From Halarcobacter sp. (lineage in GTDB: Bacteria > Campylobacterota > Campylobacteria > Campylobacterales > Arcobacteraceae), in assembly GCA_048571215.1 (NCBI GenBank), contig CP182352.1, forward strand, positions 768,001 through 832,000: a DNA stretch of 64,000 nt. The letters are read 5' to 3'. Under the pieces are notes generated by a model, which ran no database searches, was not told the origin of the DNA, and was given only the letters and a program-made list of their open reading frames with translations. Shown here in pieces: positions 29,748 to 40,159 of the stretch; positions within the stretch are counted from its first letter, which is position 1; every line of letters starts with the position of its first letter. The translations under genes and the position numbers were made by a program.

Positions 29748-30248
29748 ATGGCAGCAAAAGAACACAGTTTTGATATTTCAGCAAAGTTAGATATGAGTGA
29801 GATGAAAAATGCAGTTATACAAGCACAAAAAGAGATAGATAATAGATATGATTTTAAGGGTTTAAAAGCTGAGATTGACTTCAATCAAGGTGCAAAAACA
29901 TTAACTTTGATCTCTTCAAGTGATAATAAAGTTGATGCTATATATGATATTTTAATCTCTAAAATGAATAAAAGAGGTATCTCAATAAACTCTTTAGATG
30001 AAGCAAAAAAAGAGGATAGTTCAGGGGGAAATAGAAAATATGTATATGCAATTGTTGACTCTATAAAACAAGATGAAGCAAAAAAAATCCAAATAGAGAT
30101 TAAAGGTCTAAAACTAAAAGTTAAAGCTGCAAATCAAGGTGATGAGATTAGAGTTACAGCTAAAAATATTGATGACTTACAAAAAATAATGAAACATCTA
30201 AAATCTTTAGAATTTAAATCACCGTTAGTTTTTGATAATTTTAAATAA
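29748..30248 (+). CDS. yajQ: YajQ family nucleotide/c-di-GMP-binding protein
   Basis: SFDISAK, NRYDFKG, QGDEIRV, FDNFK. Confidence 0.95.
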   Translation: MAAKEHSFDISAKLDMSEMKNAVIQAQKEIDNRYDFKGLKAEIDFNQGAKTLTLISSSDNKVDAIYDILISKMNKRGISINSLDEAKKEDSSGGNRKYVYAIVDSIKQDEAKKIQIEIKGLKLKVKAANQGDEIRVTAKNIDDLQKIMKHLKSLEFKSPLVFDNFK

Positions 30249-30371
30249 AAAAGTAAAGTGTTAATTAGTTACAATAAGTGAAGCTTAAAATTGCTTTAAA
30301 ATATAAATTAAAATAAATATTTATATTTTATGTTATAATAAATAATAAAAATATCAAGGAAAAGTTGTAGC

Positions 30372-32171
30372 TTGAATAACTTAAACTACTTAAAAAATAT
30401 TAATATTTTATATGCAGAGGATGATTTATTTATACAAAAAGAATTTTCTTCTTTTTTGAAAAGTTTTATAAATGATTTATATATTGCAGAAGATGGTTTA
30501 GAGGCATTAGAGTTATTCGAAAAACATTCTCCTGATATTGTTATCTCTGATATTACCATGCCTAAGATGAATGGTATAGAACTTTCAAGAGAGATAAAAA
30601 GTATTAATCCTGATGTTCCTATCATAATAATAAGTGCACATAACAATAGTGATTTTTTAATTGAAGCTATTGAAATAGGTGTAAGTAGATTTATATTAAA
30701 ACCCATTGATATGAGTGAAGTTATGAAAATACTTCTTGAGTTTTCAAAAAATATTGTTATCTCAAGAGAGAATAAGAATATTAATAATATTTTAGAACAA
30801 TATAAAGAAGTAGTTGATTTAAGTTCTATTGTTTCAAAAGCTGATAAATTAGGATTTATTACTTATGTAAATCAACCGTTTATTGAAATCTCTGGTTACA
30901 CAAGAGAGGAACTAATTGGTTCAAACCATAATATAATAAGACATCCTGATACACCCGTTGAAACATTTGAAAAGATGTGGAATACAATAAAAGAAGAAAA
31001 AAAAGTTTGGAAGGGTATTGTAAAAAACAAATCAAAAAATGGTAAGTCTTATTATGTAAGCAGTACTATAAAACCTATATTAGATATAGATGGTAATATT
31101 ATTGAGTATATTGCTATGAGACATGATATAACAGCTTTAGAAAATACAAAACATTTTTTACAAAGACAAAACTTTCAAAAAATATCAAATTTAAATGATG
31201 CTCTAAAAAGTATAGAACAGTATGAAAATGTTATGAATGCAATTAATATTGTTTCAAGAATTAATACAAATGGAAAAATAACTTATGTAAATGAACAGTT
31301 TTTAAAGCTTACGGGATATTCAAAAGATGAACTTATTGGTCAAACATATGATTTGATAAGACATGAAGATAATGATAAAAATACTTCAAAAGAGATGTGG
31401 AAAATTATCAATAGTGGTAAACTATGGACAGGAATAATCAAAAACAAATCAAAGGATGGCAAAACATATCATATAAATGCCGTTATTTCTCCTATATTCA
31501 ATCAAGATAATGAGATTATAGAGTATATCTCTATTTGTCATGATATTTCACCAATTATTGAGTTACATCAAGAGTTAGAAAGTACCCAAAGAGAGATTAT
31601 TTATAGAATGGGTGAGATAGGTGAAACTAGAAGTAAAGAAACAGGGAACCATGTAAAAAGAGTTGCTGAGTATTCAAAACTTTTGGGAGAACTTTATAAA
31701 CTTGATAAAAAACAGCTTGAAAATCTATTTATGGCATCACCTATGCATGATATTGGCAAAGTTGGAATACCTGATGAGATTTTAAATAAACCTGGGAAAT
31801 TAACATCTGAGGAATGGCTTATTATGAAAACTCACAGTGAACTAGGTTATAAGATTTTAAAAGATTCAAATAGAGATATTTTAAAAGCTGCTGCAATTAT
31901 CTCTTATCATCATCATGAAAAATGGGATGGTTCAGGTTATCCTAGAGGTTTAAAAGAAGACTCTATTCATATTTTTGGAAGAATCACTGCTATTGCAGAT
32001 GTATTTGATGCTTTAGGAAGTGATAGATGTTATAAAAAAGCTTGGCCATTGGATAAAATACTTCAGTTTTTTAAAGATCAAAAAGGTAAACATTTTGATC
32101 CAGAATTAGTTGACCTTTTTATGAATAACTTAGATTCTTTTTTAGAAATAAGAAATAAATATATAGATTAA
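30372..32171 (+). CDS. REC-PAS-PAS-HD-GYP phosphodiesterase
   Basis: Receiver, two PAS, MHDIGK, HHEKWDGSGYP. Confidence 0.93.
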   Translation: MNNLNYLKNINILYAEDDLFIQKEFSSFLKSFINDLYIAEDGLEALELFEKHSPDIVISDITMPKMNGIELSREIKSINPDVPIIIISAHNNSDFLIEAIEIGVSRFILKPIDMSEVMKILLEFSKNIVISRENKNINNILEQYKEVVDLSSIVSKADKLGFITYVNQPFIEISGYTREELIGSNHNIIRHPDTPVETFEKMWNTIKEEKKVWKGIVKNKSKNGKSYYVSSTIKPILDIDGNIIEYIAMRHDITALENTKHFLQRQNFQKISNLNDALKSIEQYENVMNAINIVSRINTNGKITYVNEQFLKLTGYSKDELIGQTYDLIRHEDNDKNTSKEMWKIINSGKLWTGIIKNKSKDGKTYHINAVISPIFNQDNEIIEYISICHDISPIIELHQELESTQREIIYRMGEIGETRSKETGNHVKRVAEYSKLLGELYKLDKKQLENLFMASPMHDIGKVGIPDEILNKPGKLTSEEWLIMKTHSELGYKILKDSNRDILKAAAIISYHHHEKWDGSGYPRGLKEDSIHIFGRITAIADVFDALGSDRCYKKAWPLDKILQFFKDQKGKHFDPELVDLFMNNLDSFLEIRNKYID

Positions 32172-32205
32172 TAAACCATAACCAAGCATTTTAATTAGAT
32201 TATTT

Positions 32206-33534
32206 GAGACCGTTCAAAAATCTGTGTCAAGTCACCTAAAGTAACAAATCCATACTTGTTACAACTCTAAATAATTATCCAATCTCCCTTCGAAAAATAT
32301 AGCAAGTTGGGAGATTGTTAAACTCCAATTATGCACTGGCTGAGTCCATTTTACTTTTGCATTTAATATTCCCATATACAACAATTTTAAAAGTGAATTC
32401 TCATTAGGGAAAGCTCCTTTTGTTTTGGTTAATTTTCTAAATTGCCTATGTACAGATTCAATAATATTTGTAGTGTACATAATCTTTCTTATCTCTTTTG
32501 GATATTTAAAATAATAAGATAAATTCTCCCATTTATTTTGCCAAGATTGAAGTACTATGGGATATCTTTTCCCCATTTTTCATCTAGTTTTAAAAGCTCA
32601 TCTTCTGCAAGTTCTTTTGTTGTTGCTTGATAAACAAGTTTTAAATCTCTCATAAACTCTTTTTGGTCTTTAGAAGCTACATACTTCAATGAATTACGAA
32701 TTTGATGTACAACACAAAGTTGTACTTCGGTATTTGGATATATTGTTTTAATAGCTTCAGGAAAGCCTTTAAGACCATCTACTGATGCAATTAGTATATC
32801 TTCTAATCCTCTATTATTTAAATCAGTAAGAACACTAAGCCAGAAGTTTGCTCCTTCACTTTGGGATAAATATAATCCTAATATATCTTTTTTACCATCA
32901 ATTCCCATCCCTAAAACTGTGTAAACTGCTTTACTCACATACTTCCCACCATCTTTTATTTTATAATGTATCGCATCAAGCCATACAAATGGATAAATAG
33001 CTTCTAAAGGTCTACTTTGCCAAGCTTTTACCTTATCTATAATTTTATCTGTAATAGTGCTTATTGTTGCACTTGATAATTGTATTTGATATATCTCTTC
33101 AATATGTTTTATAATATCTCTATAGCTTAATCCTAAGCCATACATAGATAATATCTTTTCTTCTATTTCATTAGACATTGTTGTTTGGTTTTTCTTTACA
33201 AGTTGTGGTTCAAAAGAACCTGTTCTATCTCTTGGAGTATTCAATTCAAAGGAACCACTTGTTGATTTTATTGTTTTAGAGCTTTTACCATTCTTTCTAT
33301 TTTTATTTCCTGCAAATACATCTTGAGTTATATGAGAATCTAATTCTGCTTCTAAAGCAGCTTCAACTAATTGTTTTACTAATGGAGCAAGTACTCCATC
33401 TTTACCATTGATATTTTTACCTGCAAGTAAATCTTGTACAGCTTCATTAAAATCAAATTGTTTTTTCTTTTCCATCTATATCAATCCTTATAATATTTAT
33501 TATATCAGACTGACACAGATTTTCTAACACTCCC
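32206..33534 (-). mobile_element. IS256-family element, copy 1 (1329 bp), 8-bp target duplication GATTATTT
   Basis: Same ends as copy 2; GATTATTT at 32198-32205 and 33535-33542. Confidence 0.95.
32259..33475 (-). pseudogene. IS256 transposase, frameshifted
   Basis: Split into 306- and 105-aa ORFs; G4 near 32571 versus G5 in the intact copy. Confidence 0.85.
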
Positions 33535-34032
33535 GATTATTTCATTTTTAATATTATTGCACCAAATTGAAATTCTTTCATCAGTCAATTCCTCTTGGTT
33601 GTCTTCATCTAAAGCAAGTCCAACAAAACTGCCATCTTTTATGGCTAAAGATTCCTCTTGAAAGTATTCTTCTGTGATATCCCAATTTCCTATAATATTT
33701 GCACCATTTTCAACAACCTTTTCATAAATCTGTCCCATAGCATCAAGGTAGTTATCTGCATATCCATCTTGATCCCCCAATCCAAACAAGGCAACAGTTT
33801 TTCCTGTGAAATCTATTTTACAAAACTCATCCCAAAGTTCATCCCAATCATCTTGCAAGTCTCCTTCTCCCCAAGTAGAAGTACCTAAAATCACCTTATC
33901 ATAAGTTGATATTTTTTTTACTCCACTTGATGCTATATTAAAATATTCTACTCCACCAAGTGTTTTAGCTATCTCTTTTGCAACATTTGAAGTATTTCCA
34001 GTACTACTTGCATAAAATATTGCTGTTGCCAT
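33505..34032 (-). CDS. fldA: Long-chain flavodoxin with IS-derived 9-aa tail
   Basis: YASSTGNT, TSTWGEG, FGLGDQ, GLALDEDNQ. Confidence 0.93.
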   Translation of the reverse strand: MATAIFYASSTGNTSNVAKEIAKTLGGVEYFNIASSGVKKISTYDKVILGTSTWGEGDLQDDWDELWDEFCKIDFTGKTVALFGLGDQDGYADNYLDAMGQIYEKVVENGANIIGNWDITEEYFQEESLAIKDGSFVGLALDEDNQEELTDERISIWCNNIKNEIIGSVRKSVSV

Positions 34033-34450
34033 TGCATCTCCTTTTTTTTCTTAATATTGATTTAAGTGAATAGGGTATTACTTTTATAATATACTCTTCA
34101 CTACATGCATCAAGCTCTTTAACTTTTACTTGTATATGTTTTGTAAAATTATCATGTTTTGGGTAAACAAGGTAAATTTGAGAAAAGTTATCATTTAATA
34201 TAATATCTTTTGCTTTTTCAATCTCTTTTGAAATATTAAGGTTTTTTATATCTATCTCTTTATTTACTGGGATAACTCTAACGGGAAGACTATCAAAAGG
34301 TGCTATATCAATACTATCAAAGTTATTTATTACATCTCTATTTTTTGTATCTCGTGATATCTTTTCATAAACAAAATCGAAAAAACTTTGTTGATAATCT
34401 TTAGTAGAACTATAGATACCTAGCAATTTATTGCAATCATTTATACTCAT
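34004..34450 (-). CDS. Hypothetical protein in flavodoxin operon
   Basis: 148 aa, SD AAGGA, overlaps fldA start. Confidence 0.7.
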   Translation of the reverse strand: MSINDCNKLLGIYSSTKDYQQSFFDFVYEKISRDTKNRDVINNFDSIDIAPFDSLPVRVIPVNKEIDIKNLNISKEIEKAKDIILNDNFSQIYLVYPKHDNFTKHIQVKVKELDACSEEYIIKVIPYSLKSILRKKRRCNGNSNILCK

Positions 34451-34486
34451 CTTTTTTCCTTTTTTTCTAGTGTTTTTATTTTTTAA

Positions 34487-34657
34487 TTAACTATGTTCAA
34501 GAACAAATTTTGTTACTCTTAGAGCTTGATTCTTATCTACATCTTTATGTCTCATTTGAACTATTTTCATAACTGAACATAAGATTTTCTCTTTTTTAGA
34601 AAAACCTGATTGTTCTACTATACGATTTATTTTGCTTTGTAAAATTCTATCTGACAT
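34487..34657 (-). CDS. Small protein, 56 aa (MSDRILQSKINRIVEQSGFSKKEKILCSVMKIVQMRHKDVDKNQALRVTKFVLEHS); not in ORF track
   Basis: Hand translation; strong AAGGAG SD; first gene after Fur boxes. Confidence 0.7.
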   Translation of the reverse strand: MSDRILQSKINRIVEQSGFSKKEKILCSVMKIVQMRHKDVDKNQALRVTKFVLEHS

Positions 34658-34665
34658 ACCTTCTC

Positions 34666-34743
34666 CTTATTGATAATCATTATTAAGATGTAATCATAAA
34701 ATAAACTAACTTAAACAATTCTTATATTAATAATGATTATCAA
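34666..34743. promoter_or_regulatory. Two Fur-like boxes forming a 17-bp inverted repeat
   Basis: TTGATAATCATTATTAA (34670-34686) and TTAATAATGATTATCAA (34727-34743); 34666-34684 matches GATAATGATAATCATTATC at 15/19. Confidence 0.8.
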
Positions 34744-34757
34744 AATATTTTAAAAAC

Positions 34758-34792
34758 TAATACACAAGTAATAAACAAAGATTAAGTATAAT
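34758..34792 (+). promoter_or_regulatory. 11-bp-period direct repeat and -10 box upstream of two-component operon
   Basis: TAATACACAA-G-TAATAAACAA then TATAAT; possible OmpR-family autoregulatory site. Confidence 0.4.
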
Positions 34793-34818
34793 AATAAAAT
34801 TTTGCAAAAGGAAAAAAT

Positions 34819-35478
34819 TTGAAAGTTTTATTATTGGAAGATGATCCTGCTTTAAATGACCTACTTAATGAGCACTTATGTGATAAAGGTTATGCTGTAA
34901 CACTATGTACTAATGGTCAAGAGGCTTTAGAGTATTTAGTTGATGAAATCTATGATCTAGCACTTTTAGATATAAATACACCACTTATGAGTGGAATAGA
35001 GGTTTTAAAAACTTTACGAACTGAGTATAAAAATCAAACACCAATTATAATTCTTACAGCTTACCAAGATACAAAACATCTAAAAGAGTCATTTGAAAGT
35101 GGTGTTGATGATTATATAAAAAAGCCTTTTGACTTAGAAGAGTTAGACCAAAGATTATTAAAACTTTGTAAACAATTTATGATAGAACAAAACGATATGA
35201 TACAAATAGACAATGATATTTTTTTTGACCAAGAATCTTGCCAGTTAAATATTAAGGGTAATATAAAACATCTAGCTCAAAAAGAAAGAGATATTTTAAA
35301 ATATTTTTGTAAACATAAAAATAGAGTTATTTCATCAGATGAACTTTTACAAAATATTTGGGCTTATGAAGAGATGCCTACAGATGCAACTATTAGGGTT
35401 TATATAAAAAATCTCAGGGAATACTTAGGGAAAGAGAAAATTCAAACCATAAGAGGAATAGGGTATAAATTTGAATAA
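34819..35478 (+). CDS. OmpR-family response regulator
   Basis: LLEDD, LLDIN, KPF, C-term TIRGIGY. Confidence 0.95.
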   Translation: MKVLLLEDDPALNDLLNEHLCDKGYAVTLCTNGQEALEYLVDEIYDLALLDINTPLMSGIEVLKTLRTEYKNQTPIIILTAYQDTKHLKESFESGVDDYIKKPFDLEELDQRLLKLCKQFMIEQNDMIQIDNDIFFDQESCQLNIKGNIKHLAQKERDILKYFCKHKNRVISSDELLQNIWAYEEMPTDATIRVYIKNLREYLGKEKIQTIRGIGYKFE

Positions 35479-36640
35479 AAATGAAATAAAAGCACTTATT
35501 AGTTTTTTATCTATATATGTAGGTTCAGCTTTATTTTTAATAAGTATATTGCTTTATATTTATTATGAAGATGAGATAAAAAGTTTAGAAAACACTTGTA
35601 GTATGCAGCTTAGCAATTTCTCTATGAAAATAAAAGGTGATATACTAAACTCTTATATGCATCATAAAAAGTTTATTCCAAAAAAACTTAAAAACAATGA
35701 GATAAAATATGCACTTTTTGATAAAAATAAAAAGTTGATTTATTCATATTTAGATGGAAAAGAGTTGATTGATTTTCAAAAAAAGTTTTATGAAAGTGGT
35801 CTTTTTCATTTTTATGTGGAGGAGTTAAATGAAGCAAATATCCCAATAAAATATATTGTGATGCAAACCTGCCAAGGGGTTGAAGATAGAGATAGATTAA
35901 AAATTTATGTGGCAATTGCTTTAGTTTTAAGTGCTGTATTTGTTGGTTTTATTGCATATTTTCTTGCAAAGATTTTGTTAAAACCCGTTAGGGAAAAAGT
36001 CATAGATATGGATAACTTTATAAAAGATTCTGCCCATGAGTTAAATACTCCTGTTGCAGTATTGATGACCTCTGTTTCTATGCTAAAAAAAGGCAAAAAT
36101 CCAAGTAAGATGATGAAATATATCTTAAGTAGTTCAAAACAAATATCCCAAATCTATAACGATATCCATTTTTCAGCCTTTGAAAATATGAATGAGCAGA
36201 TAGAAGATAAATTTAATCTAAAAGAGTTAGTGCAAGATAGTGTAGAATATTTTAATGATATCTCCATAACAAAAAATATAAAAATAGATTCTAAACTTGA
36301 TGATTGTTTTATCAAAATGGATAAAACCAAGACTCAAAAAGTGGTAAATAATTTAATTTCAAATGCGATTAAATACAGTAATAAAGATTCTAATATCTTA
36401 GTTAAGCTTGAAGATTCTAATTTTAGTGTGCAAGATTTTGGAATAGGTATCTCAAAACAGCAACAAGATGAGATTTTCAAAAGATATAAAAGGGGAAATA
36501 CTATTGAGGGTGGTTTTGGAATAGGTTTAGATATAGTAAAAAGAGTTTGTAAAAGTTATAATCTCAAACTCTCTTTAGAATCTATACCAAATAAAGGTTC
36601 TACTTTTAATGTAGATTTTTCAAATCTTACTTACCAATAG
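35471..36640 (+). CDS. Sensor histidine kinase
   Basis: 2 TM, SAHELNTP, NAIKYS, DFGIG, GFGIGL. Confidence 0.95.
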   Translation: MNKNEIKALISFLSIYVGSALFLISILLYIYYEDEIKSLENTCSMQLSNFSMKIKGDILNSYMHHKKFIPKKLKNNEIKYALFDKNKKLIYSYLDGKELIDFQKKFYESGLFHFYVEELNEANIPIKYIVMQTCQGVEDRDRLKIYVAIALVLSAVFVGFIAYFLAKILLKPVREKVIDMDNFIKDSAHELNTPVAVLMTSVSMLKKGKNPSKMMKYILSSSKQISQIYNDIHFSAFENMNEQIEDKFNLKELVQDSVEYFNDISITKNIKIDSKLDDCFIKMDKTKTQKVVNNLISNAIKYSNKDSNILVKLEDSNFSVQDFGIGISKQQQDEIFKRYKRGNTIEGGFGIGLDIVKRVCKSYNLKLSLESIPNKGSTFNVDFSNLTYQ

Positions 36641-37232
36641 AGTTTATTTTTAAAGAGATAATAAAAGGCTCTTTATGTTCTATATCTAAATTTGAACCAA
36701 TCGATCTTTTATGATGGTTTGATAACTCACCTTGGATAGTTTGAAATACATGCCAGAATTTTTCATTGAATGGGGCACTTATATTTTTTAGTTGGTGTAT
36801 TATTATATCATCAACTATAATCTCTATTAGATGGTTATATATTATTTTATTGGTTTCCCTTTGTAGTCTATATTTTTTCATTATAATTAGATTGTTTTTT
36901 AAAATTCTTTGTTCCTCTTTTGTTAAACCCTTATAACCATCAACCTCTTTAATCTCCTCATCTAATTGAATTTCCAATTGAGTAATCTCTCTATCACAAG
37001 TTGGTTTTAAGTTTGGTTTTAACTTTAAAATTTTATTTAAAATCTCATCATCACTAATTCTTATTTTTTCTATGAGATGTGTATAAACTGTATCTTTTTC
37101 ATAATCATGGTGGATTGCATTATAAATTTCTATAGCTGGATTTATATAAACATATTTATCATCTTTCCCACTTTTAAAACTAATACCATGAACAGATATC
37201 ATCTCTTTGGGTCCTACATACTTAAGTTCCAT
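36627..37232 (-). CDS. Hypothetical protein
   Basis: 201-aa ORF with SD; MELKYVGPK start. Confidence 0.7.
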   Translation of the reverse strand: MELKYVGPKEMISVHGISFKSGKDDKYVYINPAIEIYNAIHHDYEKDTVYTHLIEKIRISDDEILNKILKLKPNLKPTCDREITQLEIQLDEEIKEVDGYKGLTKEEQRILKNNLIIMKKYRLQRETNKIIYNHLIEIIVDDIIIHQLKNISAPFNEKFWHVFQTIQGELSNHHKRSIGSNLDIEHKEPFIISLKINSIGK

Positions 37233-37305
37233 ATAAATAACCTTTAGTTTTAATAATTTACTTCTATTTTATTCAAATGTTAATAAAATATAGCAAAGGT
37301 AAATA

Positions 37306-37878
37306 ATGAATAATGTAATCAAAATGTTTAAAACTCATGAATTAACTGATACAAAGTTTGTTCACCCTGTGAAAATCACTTATAATCAAAATGGAAAAGA
37401 TAAGGTTTGGGAAGCTGTAAAGAGCTTTGATTCTGTTGCAGTTTTACTTTTTCATGAAGAAAAAAATTCTTTTTTATTAGTAAAGCAGTTTCGTCCACCT
37501 GTATATTTAAATGATTCTAAAAAATTATGCACATATGAACTTTGTGCAGGTATTGTTGATAAAGACAAGTCTTTAGAATATATAGCAAAAGAGGAGATAG
37601 ATGAAGAGTGTGGTTTTGATGTTCCTTTAGAGAATATTGAAAAAATCACCTCTTTTTATACAAATGTAGGGGTTAGTGGAGGTTGCCAAACTCTTTATTA
37701 TGCCAAGATTGATGATTCTATGAAGATTCACGATGGTGGAGGGATAAATGATGAAGAGATTGAGATAATGTATTTGCCAATAGATGATTATGAAGAGTTT
37801 ATCTATGATGAATCAAAGGCAAAAACACCAGGACTTATATTTTCATTTATGTGGTTTATGAAAAATAAGAAAATTTAA
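37306..37878 (+). CDS. NUDIX hydrolase (NudK/NudF-like)
   Basis: QFRPP, ELCAG...AKEEIDEECG. Confidence 0.9.
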   Translation: MNNVIKMFKTHELTDTKFVHPVKITYNQNGKDKVWEAVKSFDSVAVLLFHEEKNSFLLVKQFRPPVYLNDSKKLCTYELCAGIVDKDKSLEYIAKEEIDEECGFDVPLENIEKITSFYTNVGVSGGCQTLYYAKIDDSMKIHDGGGINDEEIEIMYLPIDDYEEFIYDESKAKTPGLIFSFMWFMKNKKI

Positions 37879-37930
37879 GGCACTGAGGGCATTGGGAAAT
37901 AGGGGGGGTAGCAACTGAGTCCTAATTTTT

Positions 37931-37955
37931 AAATAAGTAAGTAGTTTACTTATTT
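37931..37955. terminator. Hairpin after NUDIX gene, abutting IS target site
   Basis: AAATAAGTAA-GTAGT-TTACTTATTT. Confidence 0.45.
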
Positions 37956-37962
37956 TACGAAG

Positions 37963-39292
37963 GGGAGTGTTAGAAAATCTGTGTCAGTCTGATATAATAA
38001 ATATTATAAGGATTGATATAGATGGAAAAGAAAAAACAATTTGATTTTAATGAAGCTGTACAAGATTTACTTGCAGGTAAAAATATCAATGGTAAAGATG
38101 GAGTACTTGCTCCATTAGTAAAACAATTAGTTGAAGCTGCTTTAGAAGCAGAATTAGATTCTCATATAACTCAAGATGTATTTGCAGGAAATAAAAATAG
38201 AAAGAATGGTAAAAGCTCTAAAACAATAAAATCAACAAGTGGTTCCTTTGAATTGAATACTCCAAGAGATAGAACAGGTTCTTTTGAACCACAACTTGTA
38301 AAGAAAAACCAAACAACAATGTCTAATGAAATAGAAGAAAAGATATTATCTATGTATGGCTTAGGATTAAGCTATAGAGATATTATAAAACATATTGAAG
38401 AGATATATCAAATACAATTATCAAGTGCAACAATAAGCACTATTACAGATAAAATTATAGATAAGGTAAAAGCTTGGCAAAGTAGACCTTTAGAAGCTAT
38501 TTATCCATTTGTATGGCTTGATGCGATACATTATAAAATAAAAGATGGTGGGAAGTATGTGAGTAAAGCAGTTTACACAGTTTTAGGGATGGGAATTGAT
38601 GGTAAAAAAGATATATTAGGATTATATTTATCCCAAAGTGAAGGAGCAAACTTCTGGCTTAGTGTTCTTACTGATTTAAATAATAGAGGATTAGAAGATA
38701 TACTAATTGCATCAGTAGATGGTCTTAAAGGCTTTCCTGAAGCTATTAAAACAATATATCCAAATACCGAAGTACAACTTTGTGTTGTACATCAAATTCG
38801 TAATTCATTGAAGTATGTAGCTTCTAAAGACCAAAAAGAGTTTATGAGAGATTTAAAACTTGTTTATCAAGCAACAACAAAAGAACTTGCAGAAGATGAG
38901 CTTTTAAAACTAGATGAAAAATGGGGGAAAAGATATCCCATAGTACTTCAATCTTGGCAAAATAAATGGGAGAATTTATCTTATTATTTTAAATATCCAA
39001 AAGAGATAAGAAAGATTATGTACACTACAAATATTATTGAATCTGTACATAGGCAATTTAGAAAATTAACCAAAACAAAAGGAGCTTTCCCTAATGAGAA
39101 TTCACTTTTAAAATTGTTGTATATGGGAATATTAAATGCAAAAGTAAAATGGACTCAGCCAGTGCATAATTGGAGTTTAACAATCTCCCAACTTGCTATA
39201 TTTTTCGAAGGGAGATTGGATAATTATTTAGAGTTGTAACAAGTATGGATTTGTTACTTTAGGTGACTTGACACAGATTTTTGAACGGTCTC
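37963..39292 (+). mobile_element. IS256-family element, copy 2 (1330 bp), 8-bp target duplication TTACGAAG
   Basis: IRL GGGAGTGTTAGAAAATCTGTGTCA; IRR (rc) GAGACCGTTCAAAAATCTGTGTCA; TSD 37955-37962 and 39293-39300. Confidence 0.96.
38022..39239 (+). CDS. IS256 (Mutator-like) transposase, intact
   Basis: PRDR.GSFEP, WLDA, DGLKG, CVVHQIRN, TTNIIES. Confidence 0.97.
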   Translation: MEKKKQFDFNEAVQDLLAGKNINGKDGVLAPLVKQLVEAALEAELDSHITQDVFAGNKNRKNGKSSKTIKSTSGSFELNTPRDRTGSFEPQLVKKNQTTMSNEIEEKILSMYGLGLSYRDIIKHIEEIYQIQLSSATISTITDKIIDKVKAWQSRPLEAIYPFVWLDAIHYKIKDGGKYVSKAVYTVLGMGIDGKKDILGLYLSQSEGANFWLSVLTDLNNRGLEDILIASVDGLKGFPEAIKTIYPNTEVQLCVVHQIRNSLKYVASKDQKEFMRDLKLVYQATTKELAEDELLKLDEKWGKRYPIVLQSWQNKWENLSYYFKYPKEIRKIMYTTNIIESVHRQFRKLTKTKGAFPNENSLLKLLYMGILNAKVKWTQPVHNWSLTISQLAIFFEGRLDNYLEL

Positions 39293-39500
39293 TTACGAAG
39301 TTCACATATACTCTTCCATACAAAGCTAAAAAAGATACATTTAGTATCTTTTCTTAACTTCTTCTATGTATTAAATTAAACTTATCAATATAAAAAAAGT
39401 TATCGTTATCTATTGAGCCCTATTTTATGCTAATCTCTAAATCATAGGGCTTGTGGGCTTAACTTAATGGCATTGCAACTGTCCCCTTTTATTTTTTATT

Positions 39501-39857
39501 TTAATCTAGTTCTTCCCATATCTCTTTTTTGTCATCTTTATTATAATATTTTTCCAAATCTATCGTTTTAATATTACATTTAGGACATATACCATCTTTT
39601 AAATTAGGGTAATTATATGTTTCTTTACATTTTGGACATTTTGAATACTTTATAGATTGAAATTTTCTTTTTCTTTTAATTGCGTAAATTATTATGATTA
39701 TTCCAATCACGATTTCAATAGTTCCAATGAAAAAACCATCATCCAGTTTTTCATAGTATATTGGACTTAAACCACCTAAGCCAGGTATATTTTCAAGATT
39801 AAAAAAAAAGCTTAATAAACCTTTTGTTAAAATTATTATTCCAAAAATTAAAATCAT
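39501..39857 (-). CDS. Putative immunity protein (2 TM + CxxC...CxxC)
   Basis: Overlaps stop of upstream tip fragment; CPKC twice. Confidence 0.55.
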   Translation of the reverse strand: MILIFGIIILTKGLLSFFFNLENIPGLGGLSPIYYEKLDDGFFIGTIEIVIGIIIIIYAIKRKRKFQSIKYSKCPKCKETYNYPNLKDGICPKCNIKTIDLEKYYNKDDKKEIWEELD

Positions 39858-40087
39858 TTTGGTACACTTTTGTCATTAGGGTCATAACCTGAAGGTTTAG
39901 GATAAAAATAGTTTTTAACTTTTTGATAAATAATCTCTGCCATACCTTCTCCTCCAACAAAATATCCTGTCTGACTTGATGAAGGTATTCCTAAAGGATA
40001 ACTTTCAATAGCATCTACAAGTAGCTGATTATTTGTATTTGTATTCCTTAACTGGAAATTCCAAGCATCACGGACAGCAATTTTTAA
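39854..40087 (-). pseudogene. Truncated putative toxin C-terminal fragment
   Basis: Plausible coding begins right after motif at 40088-40107; upstream part of ORF is REP-derived. Confidence 0.45.
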
Positions 40088-40133
40088 AAAGGTGCCTGTC
40101 ACCTTTATTTTTTTATTGTTATTTATATATACA

Positions 40134-40159
40134 TTCCCAAGCTGGAGCTTGGGAACGAG
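40134..40159. repeat. REP-like palindrome
   Basis: TTCCCAAGCT-GG-AGCTTGGGAA followed by CGAG; GC-rich in AT-rich context. Confidence 0.7.

Noticed and set aside
32206..39292. Composite transposon or inversion bounded by the two IS256 copies
   Set aside because: Each copy has its own intact, different 8-bp duplication, indicating independent insertions
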